Source of the DNA: the human T2T-CHM13v2.0 reference genome, Homo sapiens
Length of the DNA stretch: 64,000 nucleotides
NCBI RefSeq assembly: GCF_009914755.1
Contig: NC_060927.1
Direction: 5' to 3' (one strand)
The translations under genes and the position numbers were made by a program. The first letter of the stretch is position 1, and the number at the start of each line of letters is the position of its first letter. This document shows positions 14,791-29,625 of this stretch, piece by piece. The notes beneath the pieces were generated by a model, which ran no database searches, was not told where the DNA came from, and was given only the letters and a program-made list of their open reading frames with translations.

Positions 14791-17132
14791 AGGTTAACTG
14801 TAAAATAGCCCCAGGCAGGTCTTTTGGGCGTATCCAGATGAGGGTAATATTATCACAGGAGATGACAGCTAAATGCTTGTTATTGCCCCTGAAGACCTTC
14901 TAGTGAGACAAGATGTGGAGAAGATAGTGATATTGATGATCCTGGTTCTGTATAGGCCTAGGCTAATGTGTGTGTTTGTGTCTTAGTTTTTTAACAAGAA
15001 AAAAAAATTAAAATTTCAGAAATAGAAAAAAGTATATAGAATATAAAAAAATTTTGAGGGTTTGTTTTGACCTAAGTGTTACAAAAGAGTCAAAATGTTA
15101 GAAAAAATTCAAAATTTACAAAGTAAAAAAGTTGGAGTAAGTTAAAGTCAATTTATTATTGAAGAAAGAAAAATATGTTTTTATAAATTCAGTGTACCCT
15201 AAGTATACAGTGTTTTAAGTCTACAGTAGCGTATTTTAATATCCTAGGGCTTCACATTTACTCACAACTCACTCACTGACTAACCCAGAGCAGCTTCCTG
15301 CCCTGCAAACTCCATTTATGGTATACCCTGTACAGGTGTCCCATTTTTTACCCTTTATATACTGCATATGTACTGTACCTTTTTTTGATTGGATATGTTT
15401 AGACACCCAAATACTTACCATTGTGTTCCATTGCCTGTAGTATTAAGTAGCATGCAGTACAGGTTTGTGGCCTAGGAGCAATAGCCTATCTCACATAGCT
15501 TAGGTGTGTAGTAGGCTCTATCATCCAGGTTTGTGTAAGTACACTCTATAATGTTCACACAATGACAAAATCACCTAATGATGCATTTTGCAGGACTTAT
15601 CCTCTTCATTAAGCAACACATGATTGTATTATTGTTGAATTCCATTTCTGTCTTCAATTTTGTCAATTTTTGCTTCATCTACCTTGGGAGTCTTTTGTCA
15701 GGTGTATATATATTTATAGTTGTTATGTTTTTCTGATGGATTGACTCTTTTATCGTTAGAAAATGCACTTTTTGTTTCTAGTAACAATTTTTTCTTTAAA
15801 AGTCTATTTTTGGGAAAATTAAAAATCAAAGAAAAAAATAAAAATAAAAAGTCTTATTTTTATATTAACATAGTAACTGTAGCTCTCTTTTGCTTACTAT
15901 TTGCATGGTATATCTTTTTCCATCCTTTTCCTTTCAACCTATTTGTACTTTAAATTGAACATATGTCTCTTGTAGATAGCATATGTATTTTTAATCCATT
16001 CTGCCAATCTCTGCATTTGGACTGGAGTGTTTAATTAAATGCATTTATATTTAATGTAATTCCTGATAAAGCTTACACTTATCATTTTGGTATTTGTTTT
16101 CTACATGTCTTATGTAAATGGCCTTTATCAAGTTGAAGAATTTCTCTTGCATTACTAGTTTGCTGAGAAGCATTTTTCAGGAATGTATGTTAGATTTTGT
16201 TAAGTGCCTTTTCTGTGTCTATTGAGATAATATGTTAATTAACATTTTTGGTAAATATCCTTTTTAATGGTTACATAAATATTTGTTCAATATTTCAATT
16301 AAAAAAAAAAAACTCTACCAGCATACGATGATTGAGGCCTGGCATGGCACTAGATGATATCAACCAATCTAAGTAAAGGGATATAATTAGATCTATTAGT
16401 ACTATATCAAAAGAAGTAATAGTTTCATTAGATTCCATATATTTGCTTCAGAACAAATATGAAGTACTGAAGTACCACACTTTAATAATGACATTAATAA
16501 ACTAGAAAATGTCCAGAAGGCAGCAACGAGGATGATAAGACCTAGAAACCATGTGGTATAAAAAAATTGTTGAGAGTACTGGTGCTATTTAATCTGGAAA
16601 CATAGAACTATATGAGTGGTCAAATATGGTAACAACTCCTACAAAAAATAAAACGTTCTTGAGAGAGAACATGTTATTTTAGTTGTACCATAGGGTAAAA
16701 CGTTACTGAAGACAAAATCTTAATTCTCCTAACTAACGGAAACTTCTATGAGAATTAGAGCCTCACAGCAGTTGAATGGGCTCTACCCAAAGTGTAGGCT
16801 CCCAATCCCGGAAGGTGTTCAGGCAGAGGATACATCACTACAAGTTAGGGACACTGTAGAAGATCTCTATCTGGGTTGGCGAGGAGGGTAGATCAGACTA
16901 CCTAGTCTTGAAGGATTCTTCTAATTTTACAAGCTGATAGTTTTGTGATCCTCAAGCTGGGGATTTTGCAGAGTCCTAAACAAGGAGAATGATGTCAGGT
17001 GAATTCACCAAGGGTATCTGAGTCATGTATGGGGAGCTGCCCCACTGTTACCATGACTATCCCTATGCTCAGGGAAAAAATACTCAGACCCTTGAGTGTA
17101 TTAGATAAATCCTTACACGTCAGCCATCTAAC

Positions 17133-17315
17133 TTGTCTGACGCTGGCTCTGTGCACAGTAGTGGTTTTTCTCTCCTCTGGAAAAAAAAACTAGAAAAGTA
17201 ATAACCTCCCTTATAAGTAATAAATTGTCTGACACTGGCTCTGTGCACAGTAGTGGTTTTTCTCTCCTCTGGAAAAAAAAACTAGAAAAGTAATAACCTC
17301 CCTTATAAGTAATAA
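17133..17315. repeat. 92-bp tandem duplication (2 copies)
   Basis: 17133-17223 repeats at 17225-17315 with one G/A mismatch. Confidence 0.95.
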
Positions 17316-17466
17316 CTAACAGATAAATAAGAAGCATTTTATAAATATAAAAATGACATATGAGTACTTAAATGTAGTCTGCATCAAACAGTCCAATGAT
17401 ATATGAGGAAGAGGCACTCTGAAACAGCATTAATTGCTATTCTAATCATAAGCAGAATTATAAATA

Positions 17467-17763
17467 CAGTTGGCCCTCCCTATCTGCAGATGCCACATTC
17501 TTGGATTCAACCAACTGCAGTTCAAAAATATTTGAAAAAAATTAAAAATAACAATACAACAATAAAAAATAATAAACATTTTAAAATACAGTATAACAAC
17601 TATTTACATAGAATTTATACTGTATTAGGTATTGTAAGTTGTCTAGAGATGATTTAAAGTATGCGAGAGGATACGCACAAGACTAGAACATCTGAGGAGT
17701 TTGGTATCTGTGGGGGCCAGGGGGTCCTGGAACTAATTCCTCACAGTTAGTTAGGGATAACTG
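17467..17763. mobile_element. MER2/MER8-like Tigger MITE
   Basis: TA-CAGTTGGCCCT... and ...AGGGATAACTG-TA inverted termini. Confidence 0.65.
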
Positions 17764-17977
17764 TAATAGAATATTTTAATTTTTAAAACACCATGAATTT
17801 ACTGAAGATATAGCATAAGAAATTTACATTTAACCATGATAAATTAAAACCAATAATAAAAACTAAAAAAAACACAGAAAACTTAAATATGTATCATTTG
17901 TTATTCAAAACAATTAAAAGACTTCTTAGACACATTCATTAGATGTTAAAACTTAGAACAATCAGGTAAGTTCTTAC

Positions 17978-18121
17978 CATCAAACTTGTCATATTTCAAA
18001 TGGCCATTGGCTTCCGGCATAATAGTGACACTTGACACAGTGTTTTTAGCATCACCTTCTTCCTCACTTGCTAATTCTTGCTTAAGTTTGGTGTCTAACC
18101 AGTCATTGACCAGCTCCTGAG
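17978..18121 (-). CDS. CCDC191: CCDC191 exon 4 (AQELVNDWLDTK...KYDKFD)
   Basis: TGTAG| acceptor, G|GTAAGA donor; 144 nt; phase 1-1 fits the neighbouring exons. Confidence 0.92.
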
Positions 18122-18174
18122 CTACAATAAAACAAAAACATGTTAAGTATTTCAGTTACTTCAGAGATTTTCTT

Positions 18175-19600
18175 TATTCACTGTTTTCATTTATTCAATA
18201 AATATTAATTGAGTACCTATCGTGTCAAGTACTGTTCTAGATACTGGAATACAACAGTGAACAAAACTGAAAAAATAAGCCCTAGCATCATGAAACTTAC
18301 ATTCCAATTGGGGAAGAGAGACAATAAGTAAATAAGAGAAAAGGCAGGGACAGGAAGACATGGAAGATGGGTGTTGTAGCTTTAAATTGGGAGGTAAAAG
18401 AAAGCTTCACTGAGAAAAAGATATTTGAGCAAAGAAGGGAAGAAAGATAGAGAAGTGAGGATCTATAAGGTAATATTATTCTCTGCAGAGGGAAAGCAAA
18501 TGCAGAGGTCCTGTGCAGGAGTATCTACAGTGTTGGAAAAACAGCAAGGAGGCCAGTGTGGTCAGAGAGAAGTGAGGAGGAGACAGCAGGAGATGAGGTT
18601 GGAGGGGTAATGTGCAGATCAGGTTTAGGGGAATGTTTAGGGCAATGATTATCAACCAGGTGCAATCTTGCCCCCCAGTGGACTTATGCCAATGTCTAGA
18701 GCCATTTTGTGTTGTCATAACTGGGGAAGCAATACTACTGTCTAGTAGGTAGAGGCCAGGGATGCTGCTAAACATTTGCAATTCACAGGACAGCCCCCAC
18801 AAAAATTCTCTAGCCCAAAATGTCAATAGTCCTGAGGCTGAAATTCCCTTGCTTACACTCTTGACACAATTCTAGCTACTTTGGCTTTTACTCTGAGTAC
18901 AATGGGAAGCCACAGGAGAGATGTGAGCACAGAGGTGATATATTTTAAGAGAATCACTTTGACCATTAAGTTAAAATAAACTATAGGGGATAAGCACGGA
19001 GGTAGGGAACACCAATTGGGAAACAAGTATAATAATCCAAAAGAGAGGTGATGGTGGCCTGGATCTGGGAGTGGAGGTATTAACAATGGTCAGATTACAG
19101 AAAAGAATGTTTTGAGGTGGAGTTGACATGACTTGCTAATGGACTGGATATAGGACATGAGAGAAAGAAATCTATGAGTTTTTTGGCTTAAGCAACTGCA
19201 AGGATGATGATGCCATTTACTGAGACGGGGAAGGCCAAGGATAGCAGCAGGCTTGAGGAGGAAGATTAGGAGTTCGGTCCCAGACATGTTAGGTTTGAGA
19301 TGTTTAGGAGACATCCAAATAGGGATGTCAAATATGGTATTGGCTACAATACTCTGGATTTCAGGGGAGAGGTCCAAGCTGAAGAAATAAATGTGGAAGT
19401 TTTCAGCACGCAGACTGTATTTAAAATCATAGAAGTGGATGAAATTACCAAAGGAGGAAGGTAGACACAGAGGAGGTTCAAGGACTGAGTGCTGAGGAAC
19501 TCCAGGATTTAGCGGTTGAAGAGAGAAGGTGGAACTAGGAAAGCTGACTAGGCCATTGAGGTAGGAGGAAAATCAAAGAGTGTGATATCCTGAAAGCTAA
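18175..19600 (-). mobile_element. L2 fragment with a MER20 insert (about 18643-18850)
   Basis: TTCAATAAATATTAATTGAGTACCT L2 terminus; MER20 core GTAGAGGCCAGGGATGCTGCTAAACAT. Confidence 0.65.
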
Positions 19601-20623
19601 CCTCCATTTGGATTTCTTTCTTAATGCTATTAAGAAAATTTCCTGAAATTATTTAGGTATGGGGAAAATGCCTGCTTTAGCATAGCTTTCATCATTGTTA
19701 TTACTATCAAACAGCTCTTTTGTCTATTTTCTCATTACCTTCATCATTATGATGATCATTATTGCATAGTTAGTTCTTAGGGAATGGGGTGTTTACATTA
19801 AATGATGCCAAGAGGCATTTAATACAGATAAAATAGGAAAAAATAAATCAGAGTAATATAAACGAAGTGTTAAAAGCATACTAGCAACAAATGCCATTGG
19901 CTTTCAGGGGAAGGTAGAGAAAGGGAGAAGATATTTACTGAGTAGCCCTTGCATATAATAATTCAAACATTTATGTGTATAGTAATTTATATGCAAAATA
20001 ATTCACACCTACTAAATAACATTCATTGGTAAATGGGGATTTACTGTGAAGTGCCCCCCAAAAACAAATAAAACTTCCCTTGGAGGGGTTAAACTGTAGA
20101 AATACCTTGTGTTAGACCACATGAGAAGTATACAAACTACCTTAAAGCACAGATTTTCAAAGTATGTTCCTCAGAACACTACTTTTGTAGAATATTAGTA
20201 TAGTTTATGATAGGAGAAAAAAAATGATATAAACCTTTGAAAACCATGTTCTATCCATTGGTGTTCTATCCATATACCAAACCATGTTCCTAATGTGAAT
20301 CACTAGTTTCTCAGGATAATATACAGATTTCAGGATAAAAAGAGGTTCATGGTCTAGGCAGCATGGGAAATGAGGCAAGTAAACATTTCTTTTCAACTGC
20401 AGGACTTCTCAAAACCCTTAACAGGCTAAAGTATATTGGGTATCTCTACTGGCAGGGTGGGAGGTGGGGTGGGCAAGATCAGCCAAGCCAATTTCAGAAT
20501 CAATCTCCTTTCTCTAGCTCCAGTACTATCAACCACTCTAAACCACTCACCATTACTGCTCACCCAGACCACCACCAACAGCCTCCCACTGGTTGCCCTT
20601 TTCTCTCTTTTTCTCCCCTATAA

Positions 20624-20830
<207 letters not shown>

Positions 20831-21865
20831 TAAACTGTCATATTACTCCTCTGCTTAAAACCCTTCAATTCTATCCTGTCATACTCAGAGTAAAATCTAA
20901 ATTCTTTCCCCAGGCTTGGAAAGCCCTATGTGACATACCTTCTCCTCACTCCCGCCAGCTTCTCTCTGTGGGGAAGCTCCAGCCACATGGGTCTTCCTGC
21001 AGCACACCATGCCTGTCTGTACTTCATGCTCCCTTTCCATCTGCCTGGATGCTTCCCCCATCACATTGTTCAACTGACTCCTTGCTCCTTGCTGACTCAG
21101 GTCTGAACTTGAAGGACTTATTACTACTGGATCACTGTAAAATTTTCTTTATTCCCACAAGAAATGTATATTTCATGAAAGCAAGGGCTTTGTCTCTCTT
21201 GTTCATAACCAGTACTTCCAGTGCCTACAACTGTACCTAGCACAGAGTATATGTGTGTTGAATAAATGAAGAAATAAATGGAATAACTGGAGACATGAGT
21301 CATCCAAATGGAAGTTGGCTTGTAGGACATCACACTCTTGACTTTCCATCTACCACAGTGGCCTCCCTTTCTCAGTCTCCTTTGTTGGTCCTTCCTGATT
21401 CCTTCTATACCTAAATGGTAGAGTTCCCCAGGGCATCAGTAACGAAAATACCAAATTCCAGAAGAGTAAATGCTTCTGGGACATAGGAAGGTTAAACTGT
21501 TTTTAGGGTCTCTTTATCAGGAATAAAACTGATTTATAGACTATAGTCAAATTATCTGTATAATATCTGATCAAATTAACATGCTACCATCTTTGTCACA
21601 GGACTAATATCTTACAGCATTCACCAATTAGCTGTTGTATCAAACTACCTCTGGATGTGGTTCTAATTTGGGAAACAAAATGAGGCTTAAGTATATCCTT
21701 ACTTGTAATATTGGAGTTAATTCCAGAGTAAAATAGTTTCAGGGGAGTAGAAAGAAAGGGAAATTAAGAACAAGAGTAAGAAAACTTCCATTCTCTACTT
21801 TGAAATGCATCATGGGTTATGCTTTAAGAATTGTTAACATCGCAGCAGAAAATGCATTCTCTTAC

Positions 21866-22007
21866 CTTCTGCATAGATTTCATCATGATCCTCTATTTGC
21901 TCAGATGTTTTCAAATCTGTGATTTGGCCCCAGGGACTTCTAGGTAAATCTGAATTTCTAGTAAAAAATGCATTTGACACTGCAAACTCTGAGGCTTTCT
22001 CCACTCT
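21866..22007 (-). CDS. CCDC191: CCDC191 exon 3 (RVEKASEF...HDEIYAE)
   Basis: T-rich tract then GAAG| acceptor, G|GTAAGA donor; 142 nt; lies within ORF 21834..22049. Confidence 0.92.
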
Positions 22008-22654
22008 CTTCAATATAACAGAAAAAAAAATCCATAAAGATGACAACAAATTTGTTCAGTTAGAGAATTTCTCTCCTACTCAAGAAACTGATTTTCTACC
22101 ACCTACTAAGATTCGTTCATTTTTCCATTTTTGGAGAAACTCTTGAGGTTTAAACATCTACCCCCAAATATTCTGGGAGGTTTCATATATAATATTAAAT
22201 TAATTGCAGTATTTTACCAAGTTCTAACAGATGTTCACAATTTTGATATTTGAATAAAAGTTATTAAGATTTAGATAACTTTTGTTTAGGGCATTAGTGA
22301 TAGGATCCTGAGACATGGATATTTTACTTTAAATAAAAAATATTATATTTTATTAGTTTTCATGCCCTTAGGACTTGCATATGAATATGAACCAGAGGTA
22401 GAGTAACCACACTTCAGCAAATTAGTACTCCTGAAGGAAATCTCCCATCTCATATTAGGCAATCATATATTAGGTTCAATAAAATTGGAATAAACAGAAT
22501 CACTGAACTGTAGCCATCTAGAATGTTTTAACTCAACAGCAAGAGTCTAGTAAAAACATGACCAAATTTGCAGGATTGGGGGAAGAAACAGCAGAAGTGG
22601 ACAAACTGCCTTAGTGTTTTTATTTACCTGCACAGAATAAAAACGCTTATATTA

Positions 22655-22950
22655 GGCTGGGTGCAGTGGCTCATGCCTGTAATCATAGCACTTTGGAAGG
22701 CCAAAATGGGAGGACTGCCTAAGCTCAGGAGTTTGAGACCAGCCTGGGGCACTTAGTGAGACTCCAACTCTAGTTAAAAAATAAAAAATTAGCCGGGTGT
22801 GGTTGTGCACACCTATAATCCTAGCTACTTCAGAGGCTGAGGCAGGAGGAATCGCTTGAGCCCAGAGGGTTGGGACCACAGTGAGCTGTGTTCATGCCAC
22901 TGCACTCCTGCCTGGGTGACAAAGTGAGACTGTCTCAAAATAAATAAATT
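22655..22950 (+). mobile_element. AluJ
   Basis: Full dimeric Alu. Confidence 0.88.
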
Positions 22951-22968
22951 TAATTAAATAAATTTTAA

Positions 22969-23262
22969 AGCTGGGCACGGTGGCTCATGCTGTAATCCCA
23001 GCACTTTGGGAGGCCGAGGCGGGTGGATCACTTGAGGTCGGGAGTTCAAGACCAGCCTGGCCAACACGGTGAAACCCTGTATCTACTAAAAATACAAAAA
23101 TTAGCCGGGTGTGGTGGCATGAGCCTGTAATCTCAGCTACTTGGGCAGCTGAGGCATGAGAATCACTTGAACCCGGGAGGCAGAGGTTGCAGTGAGCTGA
23201 GATTGTGCCACTGTACTCCAGCTCGAGTGACAGAGCGAGACTCTGTCTCAAAAGAAAAAAAA
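22969..23262 (+). mobile_element. AluS, directly following the previous Alu
   Basis: Full dimeric Alu. Confidence 0.88.
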
Positions 23263-23289
23263 TGTTAAAACTTATTTTATAACTTAACC

Positions 23290-24170
23290 CCTAACTTCCC
23301 CCTCCCAGAAACCTGCTTTCTCCCATGATTGCTGTGTTTCTTCCAACTCAGATAGTGACAACTACATTCCTCAGGATGAAAACTTTGGCGTCCTTAATCC
23401 AATCTATCTCTCTCTTTCTCACCCCACATATAATTGATCAGGACATCTGTTGACTCTATTTTTAAAATATATACAGAATCTGACCCCTTTCCATCACCTC
23501 CATTGCTACCATGTTGGTCCAAAGCACAACAATTTCCTGACAGGTTTTCTGGAATAGCCTCTCACCACAGCAGTGAATGACTCCTTTAAAATGAAAGCCA
23601 CATAATGTGTGTCACAACTCCACTCAAAAGCCTTCAGTGGCTCCTGATCTCAATCAGAATTAATGTCAAAGTCCTTATAATGCGCTTCCAGGTCCTGCCA
23701 CGCAGCCCTTTGTGAGCTTTCCAAGACTCTCGCTAATCTTCCCTTTGCTCGTTCTACTTCAGCCTCACGGACCTCCTTGCTTGTTCCTCCTCAAATATGC
23801 TCAGTGTGTTCCCAGCTTAGGGCCTTTGTACTTGCTTATCCTCTGCCTGAACTGCTCTCCTACAGATACGCATAGGCATCCTTCCCTCACCTCCTGAAGC
23901 CTTTGCTCAAATGTCACCTTCCCAGTAAGGCCTTCTTTGACTACCCTATATGAAACTGTAAACACTCTCCTCCAGCTCTCCTTCTCCCCGTCCTCTGCTC
24001 TGATTGTCTCTATAGTACTTACCATCTTATCGTATATTTAATCACTTATTGTCTCCCTCAGGTAGAATGTTGGCAGGAATTCTTATCTTCTTCTCAAGGA
24101 GAACCTGGCACCAAGAACAGTGCTTGGCACTCAACAGGTGTCCAATAAATATTTGTTAAAGGAATGAATA
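23290..24170 (+). mobile_element. L2 3' fragment
   Basis: Ends CAATAAATATTTGTTAAAGGAATGAAT. Confidence 0.65.
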
Positions 24171-26720
24171 CATGAAAACTTTATTCAGAAAAGCTGTACT
24201 TTCCGATATTTATATTGTCACCTGACCTATTCTGAAAATGACTTTTCCTCCTGCCCTTTATGGAAAGACTGGTGGAACCTCTGCCAAAACTTGCCATGGG
24301 CTTTTCCATCCAAATTCTTGTGCGTTTCATACATTAGCTTTAAGTCAGACAGAAGCAGAGGAATAAAGCTGAAAAGTGAAGGGTAATTTGAAAAAGATGT
24401 AGAAAACAGAACATACAGGCAAAGACATGAGCCAGAAGAAAACATGATCTCATTAGAGTTAGAGTCAAGAAAATATCATTCACTCCTTATGAAGTCACTT
24501 GGTAGAGACCTATTTTCCCATATTATTTCTGATAGCCTCTGATGCATGCAAGTTTATGTTGGTAGCATACGTCATGTATTAGATTCATGGTTGGCACATG
24601 GTCTTTCCTTTAGGCTCCTAAATTCTGAGACAGAAAGATGAATTTTGCATATACTGTATGTGTTCGTATATGCACATATGTAAATAACGTACAAATAAAT
24701 TGATCAACTTTAGTGTTTTAAAAATCCACAAACAAAAAATTAGCAACAAAAACAGATTCGTAGACTTGACTTAGTTCCTCAGGCCTTGAGTGAAAGAAAT
24801 AATTATGTGTTATGTGTCATCCTACCTGAGTTGGAATTTGTACAGGTTCTTAACAGAGGAGGGTAGAGAGGTTGGGAGAGAAGAGGAGAAAGACTGAAGG
24901 ATAAAGAAGGATAGAGGCTGGTACTGACAAGGAAATAAAGACAAATGTTTGCTTGGCTTTAACAAGGCAAGTGTTTGGGATATCACTTAAAATGAAGATT
25001 TGAGGAGAAAGAACTACTGGATGATACTAAGGACTATACATAATCTCTATATTTGTTTGTGTTAAAACATTACATCCTTAATATTTTTTTTCAAAATAAA
25101 TATGTAAGACATAGGAGAGAGCTACCCTATATTTAAGTAAAACATTTTGGCAATTTAACAACTTATTCTTTCAGCAAGTCCTGATTGAAGGCTAGCTCTG
25201 TTCCCAGCACTGGAGTGGGCATTAAGTGGAAACAAAAGTAAAAGTTTCTGTTCTTAAATAGCTTACTTTTTTTGTTTGTTTTTGGTTTCCTATATCATGT
25301 GTGCAATAAACAACTCAAGGACAGTTCTGAAGCAATGCAGGGTGATTTAAGAAAAACTGAACACCTTCAAAAGCGTATCATAGTAACTATGTTATATATA
25401 AACATATTACTTGTAAAGGAACTATCTCAGTTATTCCCACGATCTTATAAATGCTCAATATGTGTTCCTTGTGTCCCACAGCAGACATCAATCCCATGGT
25501 CCACTACAGATCCTTTGTAGCCTAGCAACATGGATGGCAGAGACAGCAGTTACAATGTCATCCTTCATTTCCTCAAAACCAGTGGATACAAACATGAGCT
25601 TCTTGACATACTGCATGCTCATATATAATAAATAGTTCTGTGAGTAATAAATTTTTGAAGCTACCCATTCTTTTTTAATCACTTTGTACAAAAGCAAATG
25701 CTTGAGGCTGTATCTGTGTATATAAATGCCAAAATAATTCTAGGTGAAAGAGTAGTACAAGATGGGATTAGGAGGTGGAGGTAGGTAAGGGGGATTTGTC
25801 CACTTAGAGAGGCATCTCAAGTTGAGCTACAAGGGAAGGATCTGGATTGGCCTCTCAGAGAGGAGGAGTATTCCAGGCTGAGGGATCAACGTGAGTCAAA
25901 GCAAAAGGAACACCTGTCTGATGGAGGGGAAGGAGACTGGCTTGACGGGAGTCATGGAGGATCAGTATAGGGACTGCTACAGATAAATTGATATTATAGG
26001 TTGACTGCTAGAGGGTTGTCAATACTCATCTGGAATTTATAGAGTTTCGTCTGATGGCACATAGAATAACTGATGATTGGAGAGTAGGGAAATGATTTGA
26101 TTAAAATGTTTAGAAAGCTCAATCAAGTTACAGAATGCCCTGGAGTAAGATGAGTCAGTCCATCTCATCAAGATGAGGATAAATTGTAAATCATGGTGGA
26201 CTGTTGCATTTTGGGTGAGTTGCTGCAGGACTCACAGTTTTACCCAACCATCTACCTGATTCTAGGTGATTTCAATGTCCCTGAAGATGAATCACCAACA
26301 TCTCAGCCTTGAGGTTTGGTTGTTCATCTGTATTCCAACAGCTTTCCCCTCAATTCCACTTCAGCAACCTATTGACATCGTGACCCCGAACCATGTCACA
26401 AAGCATGGTTCACAACATTTTCCATTGCTCAAACCAAACTGATAACCCCTTCTCCAACATCAACCTCTGATCCATCTCCCTGTTTCATTCTCCCTACTCC
26501 TATGACACTGAAGTTGGACCTAACCAAGTCTTCTAGTCACTGTACACCTCCCTCTTCTAACTTGAGTCCTTGAAAGGGTTCCTTCCTTTCCTACTCAGTG
26601 TGGATATGCAGCTACTATCTTACTGCATCCTCGAACCCCTTGTTCCTTGGCTGTTCCAGAGAAAACCTCCAAGTCTGGATCAATCTGATCTACCTATTTT
26701 TAGTACCATAAAATATTATG

Positions 26721-26840
26721 GGCCAGGCATGGTGGCTCACGCCTGTAATCCCAGCACTTTGGGAGGCTGAGCCCAGTGGATTGCTTGAGCCCAGGAGTTT
26801 GAGACTAGCCTGGGCAACATAGTGAAACCCCATCTCTATT
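26721..26840 (+). mobile_element. Alu left monomer (FLAM/AluJ-like)
   Basis: Left arm only. Confidence 0.82.
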
Positions 26841-28871
26841 TAAAATATATATTTAAAAATTAATTATGGTTAACTGCTTCAGCCATGTCCCCAGTGCCAC
26901 TGAGAAATCTTCCTTTTCTGTTCTGAAGAGAGGCCTTTCTCAATTTTTACTATACTCCATACCCTTTCCATATATTCTCCCCTTCTTTCACATAAAGAGG
27001 TCTCAGCTGATTTTGAAAGGGTGGTCCACTCAAGTGGACTTTGAAGTCTTCGGTCCAGAGGTTATAACTGTTTAGGGTACACCCAGAGTTAGCAATGAAA
27101 TAAGAAAAGAAGACAGAGAAGTGAACAAGGAAGTATTAGAAGCAGCAGGAAAAAAACAGTTACAAAAAGACCATGGAGGAGAGGATTTCTAGAATAAAGC
27201 AATGGTAACTATGTCAATGTAACCTGAAAAAGTTTGAGGACTATCAAAAGACTACTGGATTTGGTCAGGAAGTCATTTATGACAACAGTTTCTGTGGAAT
27301 GGTAAGAAATTAGGACGCAGGAGAATAACTGTGGACACAAGAGGACAAGAAAAATACAAAGGCAAGGAGTCCAGGTTATGTATCCAAAACATTAGATATG
27401 AAAAAGAAATCGTTCAGGAATCAGAATAGATTACAGGATCAAATAAAGACTTATTGGTTTTTTTCAAGACAGATTTGATGACATAATGGAGACAGAGCCA
27501 ATGCAGAAATGTTAGAGGAATGATAAAAGATGATAAAAATTGAGTCAAGCTGGCTGAAAACTATATGAAAACGGACAATGTCACAGACAAATCAGAGCAA
27601 AATTTTATCTTCCTGTTTTAGTTAAATCTTTGCCTCTGAAGAGATGGTAACTAACTGTGTGACTAAGCCCTGCAGGGACTTGGCACTGGGACTCTCAACA
27701 CTCACATGCAAGCTAGTCTTACTAGATAGAGGAGTGGCCTTCCTAGAGACTAGCATTCATGATGGTAGATCCACTTTAGTCGTCATCTAAGTTAGGCTTT
27801 CTGCAGTAGCCAGGAAGCTTCCCCTGACTCCATTTAAATTAGTGCCTCTCACCACATACTTCCATTACATCTTTAATTCTCTCATGAGCTTTAGTAAGTT
27901 GTTTATTCTCCACTGGACTGTAAACCCTGGGAGGGCAGGGACTGTACCTGCTCTGTTTTAGCTCCAACACCCAACACAGTGGGCTAGTACTTAGTAGGCA
28001 CTCAAATACCAGCTGAATAAATAAATGCTTAAAAATTATTACATCTGGCCTAGGATCTATTATATCTATCTGGGATCTGGTGCTCATGATGCATGTCAAT
28101 TTAGATGAGTAATCACTCTTCAAAATACTGTCAGAATGGTCTTTTCCCGGGAAAATGCTGCATGATTTTGAAACATGTGGTACACGATGAATTGAATATG
28201 GCAAGTTGCTAAACTGACACGCAGAAGCACACACCTGAAATGATTTAATGGCACTTTCAAATTAAATGGTACTCAGACTCAAAAATACATATCTCAGGCC
28301 TGGAAGAGATGTCAGAGGTTATCTAACACAATCTCCCCTTCACTGAATCCTCAAACATATTGTTCATTAGCCTAACATTAAGTGACCAGTTAGAGTCCAT
28401 TAAAATAGCTTCAGTGGTAGAAAACACATCTCTATAAGAACACCCAGTCCACTTTTGGATGGACTAGTCATTAGAAAATTCTTATTTGTGATGCACACGT
28501 AGTTTTCACCCATTAGTCCCTAGGTCATTGTAACTACAGTGCAGTCTTTCCAACATCTGAGGAAGGCCACCATATCCTCTCCCAAGGCTTCTTTTCACAA
28601 CTCCTTTAATCCTCTTCATGTGATACTCATGGCATTTGAAACGAAGTCTACACACCTGTTTTCTTGTCATTCCTACTTAAATGGTATCATGAGAGGCAAC
28701 AGAATTATGAAAAAAAATACTAAAAAGTATAAAATTAAGGCAACTTACATAGTCACACGGGAATAAAAATAGCAGAGTATGTGCAAAGTGGAGATCTATT
28801 CATATTTCTTTTCCATCTGATTATGCTTGACTCTTAATACTCTTTTTATTCTAAATTTGAAATATCCTTAC

Positions 28872-28910
28872 CTTTATCCAGTGTTCCACACTGTCAGGAC
28901 CAAAAGTAGG
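28872..28910 (-). CDS. CCDC191: CCDC191 exon 2 (PTFGPDSVEHWIK), 39 nt
   Basis: TACAG| acceptor, AAG|GTAAGG donor, phase 0-0. Confidence 0.92.
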
Positions 28911-29625
28911 CTGTAGATAACATATATATGATATCAATACGCAGCAATATCTTTATCAACTTTGCCATTTAAATCTATCCTTCTGACTAAAGCATATGGA
29001 ACAGTGTCCTTTATTATTTCCCCAAAGCATTTCATTAGAAAGTTCAGCATGATTAGCAATAAAAGACACAGAATAGCAGTATGAGGAGAAAACATGAAGC
29101 CTTCCTGGGACACTGATTGTTTTTATTTCTTGTCTAGGTCCACCTTGATATTGTGATTTAATTGGTCTGGGATAGGACCCTGGCACTGCTATTTTTTTAA
29201 ACCTCCTTAGGGTTAAGAGTCAAGATATAGAAATGCTAAATATAAAGCTACTCATTAAAAAAAAAAAGCACTGATTAATTAGCCAGATTATCCAAGTAAT
29301 CTTTAGCTTAAAGAAGGGTGTGTTCCTCTCCTTACTCCTTTCATAAGTAGCCTGTAGCAAGAGGCTTTCTCATCTTACCCAGATCAGGGATCTTGTTTGG
29401 CCCAATAAAAACTGAAGGTTAAAAAATCTGACTTCTACTGTTTTACAAAGCAGAAAATATAAATTTCCACCCAGATCAGTCAGGTATTAATCTGAAATTA
29501 GAAGTAAAACCATCAGGGCATTTCCTTTCTTCACTCTCTGTAACTCCTAGAAGCTTGGAGAATTCCCTCTAATAGTCACTTAACAAATAGAGTTATCTTC
29601 TTTGCCAAAAATGCAGGTGTGTTTT

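Larger units (their letters stand above)
13554..15626. mobile_element. Tigger3(b)-like DNA transposon hosting nested L1 and Alu insertions
   Basis: Inverted termini TA-CAGTCATGTGTC... and ...GCAACACATGATTG-TA. Confidence 0.7.
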
